Assembly: GCF_000142905.1 (NCBI RefSeq)
Contig: NW_013657666.1
Location: forward strand, 32,752-96,751
Source: Thecamonas trahens ATCC 50062
Taxonomy: Eukaryota > Protista > Apusomonadida
DNA length: 64,000 nt
Direction: 5' to 3'
In this document: piece by piece, positions 1 through 10,887 of the stretch
Position numbering within the stretch: position 1 is the stretch's first letter
Layout of the letters: each line of letters opens with the position of its first letter
Program-made: the position numbers and the translations under genes
The notes under the pieces: model-generated
Database searches by the model: none
Told to the model about the DNA's origin: nothing
Seen by the model: the letters and a program-made list of their open reading frames with translations, nothing else

Positions 1-175
1 CGGAGCAAAGCCGAGGTAGAGCAGAGTGTCGTAGATCCCCTTTCAGAAGAGACACAGGCTACAATGAGCACGAGTACACTGGCCAAGACAACATCCTACC
101 CCTACCCCCCCCCCCCCAACCCCCCACCACACACACACACGCTACCGACCCCAACTCATGCATGTATCTCTCTAG

Positions 176-801
176 GCTCTGGCAAGTCTTCGCTCATCTC
201 TGAGCTCGCTGCACACAACTGGCAGACGCTCGACGAGGGCTTTATGGAGGCGCCGACGTCCAAGGCCCTCTCCCCTCAGTCGCTGACCATGGAACTGGCT
301 TGGGTCTCGGCTTGGTTTGACCGCCTCCTGGGCATGATGGAGGAGTCGCCGTCAGAGGCTGTCTTCTTTGCTGATCGCTCGCCTTTCTCTGCTGTCTTTT
401 ACGCCGCCAATGGTGAGCTGCTCGAGCCCGTCATCCAGGCCGCCATTGAGGAGCTCCGCTCGTGCGACATCCACATCATGACCGTCCACATCGAGACCGA
501 GCCCGAGACTCTCTGGGCTCGCATCAACGCCCGCCTGGAGATCGAGCCCGAGCGCAAGCTCTACCGCGAGGACGACCGCTCGTGGATGGACACCACTGTG
601 GCGTTCTACGAGTCGCGCAAGTGGGACCTCTGCCTCGACAACACCAACACCTCGGTCTCGGACCTCCGCCTCGCCCTCCTCGACGCCATCAAGACCGCCG
701 TCCCGGACTTTGAGCCTGCCACATCAAAGGCCCTCACTCCCAAGGCCTCGGACATTGCAGAGGCCCGGCTCATGGCCACCTCACCCGTCAAGTCAAACTA
801 A
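176..801 (+). CDS. Deoxynucleoside kinase/thymidylate kinase-like P-loop NTPase, last exon (5' exon upstream or outside the window)
   Basis: A C-rich intron-like tract ends ...tctctag at 175. It is followed by GSGKSS (Walker A remnant), FFADRSPFS (DRS motif of the dNK family) and ARINARLE (lid-like). The ORF-track N-terminus is low-complexity and probably intronic. Confidence 0.65.
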
Positions 802-1320
802 TACGAGTCCAATGCCCACGACCCCATCGCGCGGTTGGACCCGCGCGCATGCCGATCTTCCGTAAATGCGAACGTTACCGATCTTCTTTGCACCCAGGGG
901 AACTCATCCTGCACCCGTTGTCGGACAAACTCGATCGACATCGGGCACGACCTGCCCGTCTGAGGCAAGTTTCCATCCACCTCAGCCAACATCCGATTGC
1001 AGATCTGCTTTTTTCTTCGCCACACTTTGACTTTGCTCGTCTCCGGATTGAAGCCCCTCACGCTCCCACCGCTCCCACCGCTGCCACCACACACACACCA
1101 CACACACATCCACTCTTCTCTCGTACTCATCTGCCTTCCAATCTAAAGATCTGCGTATCACCCATTCCCACAGCCATTGCCGCCCTCTCCAGCCACTCTT
1201 TTCATGTTCCGATCCTGCTAACGATCACGATCACGAGCACGAGCACGATCACGATCACCTGACTCCCCCCCCCTCCCCCCACGCCGCCCCGCCCCCCTCC
1301 CCCTCCCTGCCCTTCTAACC

Positions 1321-2646
1321 ATGAGCAACCGCCGCGAGTCCATCGAGTGGTTCTCGACGCTCCGGTCGTCTGTGGCCATGTCCGAGTGTGAACTCCTCAC
1401 GGACGTCTCGCTTGACGTGGGAACGTTGGACGAACTGCATTCAAATTTTGTGAATGCGTCGCCACCGCGCCAATCGCTTGCCGACTACGCCGCCGTGGGC
1501 ATTCACTCCGTGGGCAATGGCACTCCCATCAAGTCTGCCACTAAGCTGGCGACTCCAACTACGCAGCGAGCGCTTGGCATGGGCTCACGCAACGTCCATA
1601 CTCTCTCAGCAACCATGCCTGAGGTTTCGTCCACCACGGCTGCCGCCGTTGCCTTTGCCGCTGCTCTCCCGCTGGCTCTCGACACGCCTGCCGCCGGGGT
1701 TGCTGCTGTCACGGCTGATCTCGCCTCCATGGACGCGACTCCCAGCCGTGTGGCTCGCTCGCCGATGTCGCGGCTTCGATCGCCGTCGCGGTCGCCGTCG
1801 CGGTCGCCGGCCGAGTCGTCTGCGCTATCCGACGAGGCTCCGCGGCACGGCGCACTCAACGTCTCGGCACTGATGGTGACGACTGGAGCGGCACTACGGA
1901 CATTCCGCTGGCGGCATTCAAGCCTTCAGCGGGCTCGCCAAGTGGCTGAGAAGGCCGACAAGCCGGCCGATCCGCCGCTTGTCCGCTCGTACGAGCAGCT
2001 TGGCATGGAGACTCCGGCACGCTTGGCGTCTGAGCGCGCCCAGGCGTCCAAGCTCCGTCGCCAGCGCGCCATCGCCTTCCTCGACTCTCTCGAGGCCGAT
2101 CTAGCTGATGAACTGGCTCGCGCTGAGGCTGACATCCCCGAGACGCCGCTTGTCCCGCAGCGCCTGGTCTTCCCCACCCCCACGCCCGGCCAGCGTCCGT
2201 CGTCGCGCCCGTCGTCGGCCACGCTTCCTCGCCAGCGGACTCGCCAGCTGCAGCCTCCTAGGGCCCGCGCCGCTGCGGCTGCCTCGCGCTTTGCCACCAC
2301 TCCTGCCCGCTCTTCACCAGTCAAGGCCTCACCCTCGCACGCTGCCTTCCGCGACGACCACGCCGCCACCGATGCCGACACGTCGGCCGCCGCCGCGCCT
2401 CCGCCGCGTCGATCGCGCCGCCGCCGTGCCCTCAAGGCTCCAACCGTCTTCCGCGACAAGTCCAAGTCCAAGTTTGCACAACCTACGTCCGCGTCCGAGC
2501 CAGAGCCCCGGTCCCAGCCTGCCCCTGAGGCCGAGGCCGAGCCCACGCCTGCCGCCGAGCCCACGCCTGTCGCCGAGCCCACGCCTGTCGCCGAGCCCAC
2601 GCCTGCCGCCGAGCCCACGCCTGCCGTCGAGCCCACGCCAGCCGTC
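1321..2646 (+). CDS. Hypothetical Ala/Pro/Ser-rich protein with AEPTP repeats; 3' end lost in an assembly gap
   Basis: Long ORF with genome-typical codon usage starting after a C-rich tract; no recognisable domain; runs into Ns at 2647. Confidence 0.55.
2536..2646 (+). repeat. 18-bp coding tandem repeat (gccgagcccacgcctgyc; AEPTP[AV]), about 6 copies before the gap
   Basis: Directly visible; abuts the N gap. Confidence 0.9.
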
Positions 2647-2914
2647 NNNNNNNNNNNNNNNNNNNNNNNNNNNNNNNNNNNNNNNNNNNNNNNNNNNNNN
2701 NNNNNNNNNNNNNNNNNNNNNNNNNNNNNNNNNNNNNNNNNNNNNNNNNNNNNNNNNNNNNNNNNCCCCCCCTCCTCTGGGCTGAGACCGCCGCCACCTG
2801 CCGAGTCGCGTTGGCCACCGCCAGCCGCAAAACGCGCCACCTCCCGCCACCCCACTCCCACCACTTCACCCACCCCACCCACCCCCACCCCACCCCCACT
2901 CCACCCCACACACT

Positions 2915-5900
2915 ATGTCATCCTCCTCCCCACGACCTCCTACCCCCGGTAGCGACGAGGGAGGGCGTACCACGTCACCCATGCCCGAGGAAGGCGGAGA
3001 GTTCGGAGCTGGCTCGTCAGCTGCCGTTGGCAATGACCGGAATGGAGGTCCTGGATTTGGAGAGAGAGAAGGAGGCGACGAGGAGAGTGACAACAGCGCA
3101 AACATGAGTGTCAACGAGAGTATGGACTACCATGGTGATGATGATCCGTATGCTGCTGCTGGTGGTGGTGGTGCTGGTGGTGGTGCTGGTGCTGGTGATG
3201 GAATCGGTGCGGTGCCGATGCTGGACCCGGACAACCCGCTGCTGGCAAGGGTGCAGGAGCAGCTGAAGAAGCAGCTGGCGGCTGCCGTGGCAAAGGTCCA
3301 GTACGACATGGGCGAGAAGGAAGAAGAGCTGAGAATGGCAAAGGAACGGAGGGAGGAACTGGGTGTCGAGCTGTACGGCGTCCAGCAGCAGCTGGCCAAG
3401 CTGCAGCTCTCGTCGGAGCTCACGCTTGAGAACGTCCATACCATGGCCGCGCTTCGAGAGGAGGCCGAGGCGCTCCGTGACGCCACCAAAGCCGAGTTTG
3501 AGCAGGACAAGGGCGAGGTTGCTGCGCTCTCGACCGAGCTCAATGCCTTTACCAAGCAGCTCGACGCAGTTAACGCCATGCTCGCCGAGATTGACCTGTA
3601 CAACGACGAGCTCAAGGCGAACATTGCGGTGACGCGCCGGGCGACGTACAAGGCCGAGGAGGACATCAAGTCACTGGAGAAGGAGAAGATGCGGCAGGAC
3701 TTGCAGATTGATGCCCTCAACGAGCAGCTCAAGCGGCTTCAGGACGAGGAGGCGCTGTACGAGGCGCAGCTGCTGTCGCAGTCTGAGGAAACTGCGGCGG
3801 CGACGGCGACGCTCGGCGAGGCAGCTGCTGAGATGGAGGACATTGCGCACGAGAAGAAGAGCCTTGTGTCGCAGTGGAAAGGCGCGCTGCTGCAGATGTC
3901 GCGCCGTGACGAGGCGCTTGTCAAGCTGCAGGCCGAGCTCGACGAGCGGCGGCACGTGCTGCAGAACATGGACAACGAGATCTACGGCCTGCGCAAGTCG
4001 ATCCGCGAGGAGGCCGAGGTCAACGAGAAGCTGACGGGCATCAAGCGCAAGGCCGAGATCGAGCTCCGTTTCCTCTCGTCGGCGCTCGACGAGGTGCAGC
4101 AGAAGCAGGCCAAGGGCGTGGAGCAGTACAACGTGCTTGTGGCCTCGCTCGAGTCGACCGAGGCCGAGCTGATGGATGTCAACGCGTCGCGAGCCAAGCT
4201 CCTCACCGCCACCAAAGGACTCCGCCGCGAGGCCGACGCCATTCTTCTGCAGCAGCACGAGTACGAGGACGCCATGGAGGCGAACGCGACTCAGCAGGTC
4301 ACGCTGTCCAAGGGCGCCAAGGCGACCGCCAAGGCGACCAAGAAGGTCACCGCCCAGCTCCGCGAGCTCGAGCGCGAGCAGATCAAAAACGAGAACGAGC
4401 TCGCCCGCATCCGCATGGACATTCTCAACACCGAGGACCACAACCGCCGGCTCGACGAGACGCTCTCTGGCCTCCTCGCCGAAATGCGCGAGCTCGAGGG
4501 CCTCATCGACAACTACGAGGTGGAGATCCGCCGCCGCAACGACTCGATCCAGAAGAAGCAGTCCGAGGTCGACCGCCTCAACAAGCTCTACGACTCACTT
4601 GCATCGCGCATGGTGGACGAAAACACCGGGCCGCTCGAGGCCACCATCCACAACCTGTCCAAGGCCATCTCGGCCGCCACTGCTGACTGCACATCGCTGC
4701 AGAACTACTGGCTTCGTCAGCAGCGCTCGCTCGTGAACCACGAGAAGGACGCCGCCGACCAGGCGACCATGATCACCGAGCTCCGCGCCCAGCTCACGGT
4801 CCTCCAGCAGAAGAAACTGCGCCTCGACTCGCTCGCCGCCGGACACAACGCCGAGTGCGCCGAGTACGAGAAGGCTGTCCGCGCTGCCCAGCGCCAGCTC
4901 GCCGTCCTTAACGAGAAGATCGCCGACAACGAGGCGGCGCAGGCCCGCCTCGCCGAGGCCAACCTCACCCAGGAGAACGAGTTTGTCCGCAAGCTGCAGG
5001 ATGCTGAAAAAGTTGCCGTCTCGCTCGAAATCGAGGTCGACGAGCTCCTCTCCGAAAAGAAGTTCCTCCTCTCGGATGTCATCGAGGCCGAGCGCCAGAT
5101 CATGCTGTGGGAGAAGAAGATCCAGCTCGCTCGAGAGACGCAGGAAGCGCTCGACCCCGAGGTCGGTGCCAACGAGGTCAAGGCCATGAAGAAGGAGATC
5201 CACCGCATGAAGCTCCGCCACGCCTCGCTCCTCCGCCACCAGGAGAAGATGGTGCAAGACATGGAAAAGGCCATTGTCCGCCGCGAGCACATCTGGGCCC
5301 GCGGACGCGCCGTCCAGAAGAAGGCCGCCTCCACCCGCGACCGCGGTGCCGCCGCAAAGGCTGCCGTCGCCACCCGCGCCTCCATCCAAAAGGCTCTCGC
5401 CACCCTCGACGCCAAGATCAAGGCTGCCACCGCAGACCTGGAGGCCTCGGACGCCGAGCTCCACGCACTTGCGCAGTCGCAGGACGCCACCCTTGGCGCC
5501 ATCGAGGAGACCCAGGCAGCCGTCGCCGACCTCACCGTTGCCGCCGATGACCTCGCGGCCCGCCGCCTTGGCCTCGCCTTTACCCGCGACCGCAACATCC
5601 TCAACCTCGCCCGCCTTCAGCGGCTCACCAAGCGCTACACTGCCGTAGCTCATGGCAAGTACCGCCTCTCCGCGGCGGCGTCCGCCGCCCCGGCCGCTCT
5701 TGACGACGCCATCGCCACAGAGCACGCCAAGCGTGACTCGCTCGCCTCGGTCCTTGCCAAGGCCCGCGACCTGCTCGTCGACAGGCGCGAGCACGCCCGC
5801 CCGCGCCCGCCGCACCAGCCTCGCCCCGCTCCCGACGCAGACTTTGCCGATCCCGACGCCGCCGTCACCGACTCGTCCGCCGACTCGACTCTTATTCTCG

Positions 5901-5938
5901 CCTACGTCGAGCACCTCATTGAGTCGACAAAGTGGTGA
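2915..5938 (+). CDS. CCDC40: Coiled-coil domain-containing protein 40 (axonemal 96-nm ruler subunit, FAP172)
   Basis: [58 protein letters not shown] and [11 protein letters not shown] match conserved CCDC40 blocks. Confidence 0.92.
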   Translation: MSSSSPRPPTPGSDEGGRTTSPMPEEGGEFGAGSSAAVGNDRNGGPGFGEREGGDEESDNSANMSVNESMDYHGDDDPYAAAGGGGAGGGAGAGDGIGAVPMLDPDNPLLARVQEQLKKQLAAAVAKVQYDMGEKEEELRMAKERREELGVELYGVQQQLAKLQLSSELTLENVHTMAALREEAEALRDATKAEFEQDKGEVAALSTELNAFTKQLDAVNAMLAEIDLYNDELKANIAVTRRATYKAEEDIKSLEKEKMRQDLQIDALNEQLKRLQDEEALYEAQLLSQSEETAAATATLGEAAAEMEDIAHEKKSLVSQWKGALLQMSRRDEALVKLQAELDERRHVLQNMDNEIYGLRKSIREEAEVNEKLTGIKRKAEIELRFLSSALDEVQQKQAKGVEQYNVLVASLESTEAELMDVNASRAKLLTATKGLRREADAILLQQHEYEDAMEANATQQVTLSKGAKATAKATKKVTAQLRELEREQIKNENELARIRMDILNTEDHNRRLDETLSGLLAEMRELEGLIDNYEVEIRRRNDSIQKKQSEVDRLNKLYDSLASRMVDENTGPLEATIHNLSKAISAATADCTSLQNYWLRQQRSLVNHEKDAADQATMITELRAQLTVLQQKKLRLDSLAAGHNAECAEYEKAVRAAQRQLAVLNEKIADNEAAQARLAEANLTQENEFVRKLQDAEKVAVSLEIEVDELLSEKKFLLSDVIEAERQIMLWEKKIQLARETQEALDPEVGANEVKAMKKEIHRMKLRHASLLRHQEKMVQDMEKAIVRREHIWARGRAVQKKAASTRDRGAAAKAAVATRASIQKALATLDAKIKAATADLEASDAELHALAQSQDATLGAIEETQAAVADLTVAADDLAARRLGLAFTRDRNILNLARLQRLTKRYTAVAHGKYRLSAAASAAPAALDDAIATEHAKRDSLASVLAKARDLLVDRREHARPRPPHQPRPAPDADFADPDAAVTDSSADSTLILAYVEHLIESTKW

Positions 5939-5961
5939 GGGTGAGCTGTCGCTCGCGTCGC

Positions 5962-6140
5962 CACACACAAACGCTCACACAAACGCTTACGCACACACAC
6001 ACGCATACGCACACATACACACACACACACACACACGCATACGCACACACGCATACGCACACACACACGCACACACATGCATACGCACGCACACACGCAC
6101 ACGCACGCGCACACGCACGCGCACACGGACACACACGCAC
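5962..6140. repeat. Degenerate (CA)n/(CACGCATA) microsatellite, followed by a poly-C run at ~6163-6188
   Basis: Directly visible. Confidence 0.9.
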
Positions 6141-6673
6141 TCGCAAACGGGGACCACTTGACTCCCCCCCCCCCCCCCCCCCCCCCCCTAAGTGATGGAC
6201 AAAATTTGAAGTCGGAAGGACCAGAAGGTCCTGAAAAAGGTCAGGATCGGCTCAGCCTAATGCGTGTTGGTCCAAGTCTCACAAGAATATCAGGAGATAG
6301 GGTTGCCTGACTGGGCAAAGAGGACGTCAGGAAAGAGGCCCAAATGATAAGAGGATCAAGAAGGCTCGTCAAGATGCTAAATGGTCATGCAACCGAGACT
6401 ACCTCCAATCTACCCATACACACCACCAATGTCCGAGGTCATCATCCTCGACTCGAACTCCGACGATGATTCCACCGCTTTCATGGTCGGTAGCAACCAG
6501 AGCGTCGCCACGGCCCAGTCCAGCAAACCACGACCTTTTTTGTCCACCACCACCACCACCACACTGACCGCCACACGCAAGCGCAAGCGAAAGAACACAC
6601 CTATGTCCGACTCCACCCTCACCCCCACACCCTCTGCTGGTGCTGGTGCTGCTTCCTGTCCGGGGCTGGGGTC

Positions 6674-8950
6674 ATGGCTGGCTCACGAGGAACGGGGCGC
6701 AAGAGGGCGGCGACAGGCAGAGGTGCAGGCAAGAGTCGGCGGATCAACACCAGGGAGATGGATCTAGAGGCGGCGCTGAAGGCGTCGGCGGAAGAGGCGG
6801 CGCGGGCGGACAAGTTGGAGAGCGTGCGGGCAAAGGAGGCAAAGGCTCGGCGTGAGGCGCGGAAGAGGGTCCGATCCGAGGGCTTGCATGTGGTGACACC
6901 GGCGACGCTGGCTGGCGAGATGGCGAGCGCCACGGGCAGATTCAGGCTGTACTACATGCGGCAGATGGGTCTTATTCTAGAGCACGTTGTCCCGACCTGG
7001 ATGCATGTGCTGAGCCCTGCTGAGGTCGACATTGCCCGCAAGTTCGTGACTGGCCTCACCTCGCCGGCGCAGCGGTTGTTTGTCCGCCTTTACCTCCGCA
7101 AGGGTCCCTGGTTCACCCTCAACGCGTGTATGCAATACTCGGAGCTAGTCCTTCCTCCGCCAGCCGACGACGGCCTCGTCGATGCGCTGGCGGTACAGGC
7201 TGCGGTGGAGGCTGCCGGCGCCGAGCTCGAGGACGCCGGCTTTGCGCTCAAGGACTTTGCCGGCGAAGCTAGCGTCGACGAGCTGATAGGCGCACGGAGT
7301 AGAGTCGAACTGGAAGCGTTTGTGGTCGAGGCACTGGGAGCAGGGCCCAGCCTGGCGCGGAGCGAGAAGCGAGCCGGGCTGGAGGCGATGGTGCGGCGGG
7401 AGGCTCACGCGCGCGACCTGCTTGTCGCCCATCGGAGCCAGCCCGAGTGGGTCATCCGGCTCGCACCCGAGGTGACAGCCGTCTTTGACCTATGCCAGTT
7501 TCTGTTCCAGCTCCGCGACGCGCGCGACCGCGACGCGATGACCTCGCTGACTCTAATGGCGATGCGGCAGGCGCGGTTTGCCCATCTCCCGCTGGAGCCG
7601 CTGCCGACAAGCGTGCCGGTGCGCGGGCGGAGTGCGGTCGTCATGGACGACGACGGCAAGGCGCGGAGCGCGTCTGGCGCGTCGGCGGCGCGAGCCATCT
7701 TTCCTACACGGCACGCGCTCGACGCCTTTATGGCGCTGCAGGCCAGCGTGGCAAGTGTTGACGGCGCCAAGACAATGACGCCTGACCTGGCGGCGCTCGT
7801 CGAGGCGTCACAACTGTGGCTCGAGGCGCACGCAGGACGGTTTGCGCGCAAGCACAGCGGGCCTCCGCCATTTGCGCTCCGGTACACCGCCGGATGGCAG
7901 CACGCGCGGCTGCTGACGTACGGGACGCGGGTGCTTGAGCGCGAGGGCCGGTATCGCGATGCCGTCGCCGCACTCCGGCTCCTCCTCAGCCTCAACGGGC
8001 TCTGTGTCCATCGGCGCGGCGAATGGTGGGAACGGCTGGCAACAGACCTAGTCCACCTCAAGCGGCCACAGGAGGCACTCGACGCGGCGGTGGCCGGCCT
8101 CGCGGAGCGTTGGGTGGTGTTTGGCCATCGGTTTGCGCTGCAGAAGCGTGTGGCGAGCCTTGCCAAGCCGCCGCTGGTGTACTCTGCGGCGCGCCTGGCG
8201 AGTGTCCGGGCGCACTTTGAGGAGCTGGCCGAGCCAAGCACGCGCACGATTGTAGGCGAGCTCGTCGGCGGCGGGGCAGGGTGGAGCGGGCGGAACGTGT
8301 GGGCGGCGGGGCCAACGAGCGATGTGCCCGGCGCGCATGTGAGCGTCGAGCAGGTGGCGCTCGACTGGTACGCGGCCAAGCTGGGGTATGTAGGGCGGCA
8401 CGATGAGGGCACACTTTTGCGATTGGTCTTTGTGCTTGTGCTGTATGACGCACTGTTTGCGAGCGTCGACGGGGTGTTTGTGACGGCGGCACAGGACGCG
8501 CCGCTCGACACCCGCGACGCGCACTTTTACGCGCGGCGGGCCGATGTCATCGAGGCAGCGCTAGAACAAGTGAGTCGCCTTGGCGGCGAAGAGCTCGGAG
8601 CACACCTCGCGGTGGCGTATGCAGCGCACGAGGGCAAGTGCGTGCGTGGCGCGGCGTGGGAGAGCGTGAGTGTGGACGAGGTGGTGGGCTTTGGGCGAGC
8701 GGCGCGCGGACCGGCCCTCGCGAGCCTGCTGCGGGCGATGGCGAAGCACCGGTACCTCTCGGGCGGCTTTCCGGACCTTGTGTTGTGGCGCGAGGGGGCG
8801 GGCGCTGTCGGCTCGGTGATGATGGTCGAGGTCAAAGGTCCGAGCGACGCACTCTCGACCAAGCAGCGAGTGTGGAACTCGATTCTGTTGCGGTCCGGGT
8901 TTGTCGTCGAGTTGGCGCTTGTCCGCGAGGCGCATGCGGCGACGGCCTAG
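6674..8950 (+). CDS. FAN1: Fanconi-associated nuclease 1 (VRR_NUC); true start may be the ATG at 6429 via a frameshift near 6655
   Basis: QRLFVRLYLRKGPWF, RRGEWWERLATDL (TPR-like), VSVEQVALDWY, GRHDEG, GGFPDLVLW and MVEVKGPSDALSTKQRVW (PD-(D/E)xK VRR_NUC). Confidence 0.92.
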   Translation: MAGSRGTGRKRAATGRGAGKSRRINTREMDLEAALKASAEEAARADKLESVRAKEAKARREARKRVRSEGLHVVTPATLAGEMASATGRFRLYYMRQMGLILEHVVPTWMHVLSPAEVDIARKFVTGLTSPAQRLFVRLYLRKGPWFTLNACMQYSELVLPPPADDGLVDALAVQAAVEAAGAELEDAGFALKDFAGEASVDELIGARSRVELEAFVVEALGAGPSLARSEKRAGLEAMVRREAHARDLLVAHRSQPEWVIRLAPEVTAVFDLCQFLFQLRDARDRDAMTSLTLMAMRQARFAHLPLEPLPTSVPVRGRSAVVMDDDGKARSASGASAARAIFPTRHALDAFMALQASVASVDGAKTMTPDLAALVEASQLWLEAHAGRFARKHSGPPPFALRYTAGWQHARLLTYGTRVLEREGRYRDAVAALRLLLSLNGLCVHRRGEWWERLATDLVHLKRPQEALDAAVAGLAERWVVFGHRFALQKRVASLAKPPLVYSAARLASVRAHFEELAEPSTRTIVGELVGGGAGWSGRNVWAAGPTSDVPGAHVSVEQVALDWYAAKLGYVGRHDEGTLLRLVFVLVLYDALFASVDGVFVTAAQDAPLDTRDAHFYARRADVIEAALEQVSRLGGEELGAHLAVAYAAHEGKCVRGAAWESVSVDEVVGFGRAARGPALASLLRAMAKHRYLSGGFPDLVLWREGAGAVGSVMMVEVKGPSDALSTKQRVWNSILLRSGFVVELALVREAHAATA

Positions 8951-10302
8951 CAGGCTGCGAGGCGGGCGCGGTGCTCTTTGGCGAGACGTGGGAGGAGCGT
9001 GTGGATGTTGGTGTCAAAGACGCGGGCGGGAAAACCAATGGCGAGCTTGGAGGCGACGTCAAAGGTGAGCGGGTTGGCGGCGTAGAGAGCGCGGAGGTGG
9101 GGAACGGCGGCCGGGTCGAGGAGGCCAGCGTCGACGAGCTTGGCAAGGCGGACGACGGCGTTGACGGCTGGGACCGGATAGTCTGAGCCGTAGACAAGTC
9201 GCGGGAGGAGATCGCGGCGATTGAGCAGGAGGTCGCGGGTGTGTGCGATGCGCTTGAACGAGGTAAGGGCAGCAATGTCGCCGTAGAGGCGGTCAGTGTA
9301 GCGCGGGTTGTCCATGAGGCGGAGCCAGAGATCGAACGCCGGGACGCGGACGAGGCCTGGGGCGTCAAGGTCGAGCGCCATGCCCTCGGAGCCGCAGTGC
9401 GCGGCAATGACCTTGACGCCAGCGTCGAGCGGGGTCCGGAGGAGGAGCGGGTTGCCCAGCGCGTTATTGAGGCCGCCGGCGTCGACGGTGTGCTCGTCGC
9501 CGGTATGGGAGAGGAGCGCCATGTCGAGCTCGACCATGGCGGCGTAGAACGGAGCGCACGCCGGCGACGACGGGTCGATGCCCTGAGCATTGGGCAGCCA
9601 CTTGACGATGCAGCAGCCTGCGGCGGCGGCGGCGCGGAGGGCGGGAACAGCGTCGTGTCGGTAGGGATGGATGGAGGCGACTGGAACAAAGAGGTGCGGA
9701 TGACGGGCAGCAAGCTCGATGACGTACGCGTCGGGCGTGTAGAGGCCCGAGCGGGCGTCGTCTGCAGCGCCATCGGGCGTGTGGTACTTGTCAAAGGCAA
9801 GGAGACAGGCAAAGGGACCGGGCGGCGACGACAGCGGCGCGCGATGCGGAAGAAAGTGCTCCAGAAGCGACTTGAGCCGATCCATGTAAACCGAGTCTGC
9901 GGCAAAGGTGGATCGCACGCCGGCTGCGGCCATGAAGACCCACATCTTGAGCTTGAGGATGGGATGGCAGGGCGAGGAGAAGCGGCGGTTGGCGCAGCAG
10001 CCCGAGCCCGAGTCGCCGAGGCCGACAACATGGCAGTGGACATCGTACGATGACGAGAGATCGATACCGGACGAGGTGAGCAGGTGGTCGAGCCAGGCCC
10101 GGCTCGCGGCAGGCAGGGCGTCCATGGTGGTGCCGTCAGTGGGTGCCTGTCGGCCTGCCGCCGCGTCGATGAGGCTCCGCAAGCCGAGGCCGAGCAGGCC
10201 TGGTGAGGAGGCCCAGTTGTCCGAGAAGCAGATGTATGCCAGCTCGAGGAGGACGAGGCCCAGCGCCGAGAGTGCAGGTGTTGTCCATGACCAGTCGAGC
10301 AT
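8947..10302 (-). CDS. Amidohydrolase_2-family metal-dependent hydrolase with an N-terminal membrane anchor
   Basis: YDVHCH (HxH), SIHPYR, VKWLPNAQGIDP, LSHTGDE, IAAHCGS and LVYGSDYP. The ATG at 10302 (MLDWSW) precedes a hydrophobic helix; the longer ORF-track start lies beyond a tandem repeat. Confidence 0.85.
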   Translation of the reverse strand: MLDWSWTTPALSALGLVLLELAYICFSDNWASSPGLLGLGLRSLIDAAAGRQAPTDGTTMDALPAASRAWLDHLLTSSGIDLSSSYDVHCHVVGLGDSGSGCCANRRFSSPCHPILKLKMWVFMAAAGVRSTFAADSVYMDRLKSLLEHFLPHRAPLSSPPGPFACLLAFDKYHTPDGAADDARSGLYTPDAYVIELAARHPHLFVPVASIHPYRHDAVPALRAAAAAGCCIVKWLPNAQGIDPSSPACAPFYAAMVELDMALLSHTGDEHTVDAGGLNNALGNPLLLRTPLDAGVKVIAAHCGSEGMALDLDAPGLVRVPAFDLWLRLMDNPRYTDRLYGDIAALTSFKRIAHTRDLLLNRRDLLPRLVYGSDYPVPAVNAVVRLAKLVDAGLLDPAAVPHLRALYAANPLTFDVASKLAIGFPARVFDTNIHTLLPRLAKEHRARLAAC

Positions 10303-10330
10303 GATGGGGTAGGAGAAGTGGCGGGGGGGG

Positions 10331-10572
10331 GGGGGTACGATTGTTTGTTGAAGAAATGATCGTTGGTGGGGTGGTGGAGGGGGTACGATTGTTTGTTGGA
10401 GAAATGATCGTTGGTGGGGTGGTGGAGGGGGGGTACGATTGTTTGTTGGAGAAATGATCGTTGGTGGGGTGGTGGAGGGGGGTACGATTGTTTGTTGGAG
10501 AAATGATCGTTGGTGGGGTGGTGGAGGGGGGTACGATTGTTTGTTGGAGAAATGATCGTTGGTGGGGTGGTG
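10331..10572. repeat. ~49-51-bp minisatellite, about 5 copies (gggggtacgattgtttgttggagaaatgatcgttggtggggtggtgga), in the divergent amidohydrolase/STAT intergenic region
   Basis: Directly visible; units differ mainly in G-run length. Confidence 0.92.
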
Positions 10573-10669
10573 GCCTTTACTTTTTGGCAGGCAGACAGTG
10601 GCCGAGGCAGAGACAGTGGCCGAGGCAGAGACTGTCACAGCTCACTCTCGGCAAGCACAAGGCGGGCAG

Positions 10670-10887
10670 ATGGCAAGTCGGGGAAGCCAATGGGAGTCAG
10701 TTCAAAGCCACTCTGCGGTGAATGAGCTGTATGACCAAGTCAAGGATCCCTCTGGAGCACTCTACTTCCCCATCGAACTCCGTCATTACTTTGCCCCCTT
10801 TCTCGAGGACCAGCCATGGCACATGATCAACCCCGACGACAGAGCACATGCCGCAAACGCACGCATGTACACAGACCTTCTGTTCAA
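10670..10887 (+). CDS. STAT: STAT exon 1 (N-terminal protein-interaction domain)
   Basis: MASRGSQWESVQ...LY...FPIELRHYFAPFLEDQPW resembles the STAT N-domain (SQW...LY...FPMExRxxLAxWxExQxW). Donor aa|gtacgt at 10888; the phase-2 join to the acceptor at 11610 restores the frame. Confidence 0.85.

Noticed and set aside
3017-5968. Long antisense and alternate-frame ORFs over CCDC40 (and similarly over most genes)
   Set aside because: Expected shadow ORFs in high-GC coding DNA; no motifs.
5902-6195. Cys/Val- or His/Thr-rich ORFs
   Set aside because: Translations of CA/TG microsatellite.
10331-10572. Possible CRISPR array
   Set aside because: Units are head-to-tail with no unique spacers, there are no cas genes, and the context is eukaryotic.
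10303-10638. N-terminal extension of the amidohydrolase in the ORF track
   Set aside because: It translates the minisatellite; a better ATG with a hydrophobic leader is at 10302.
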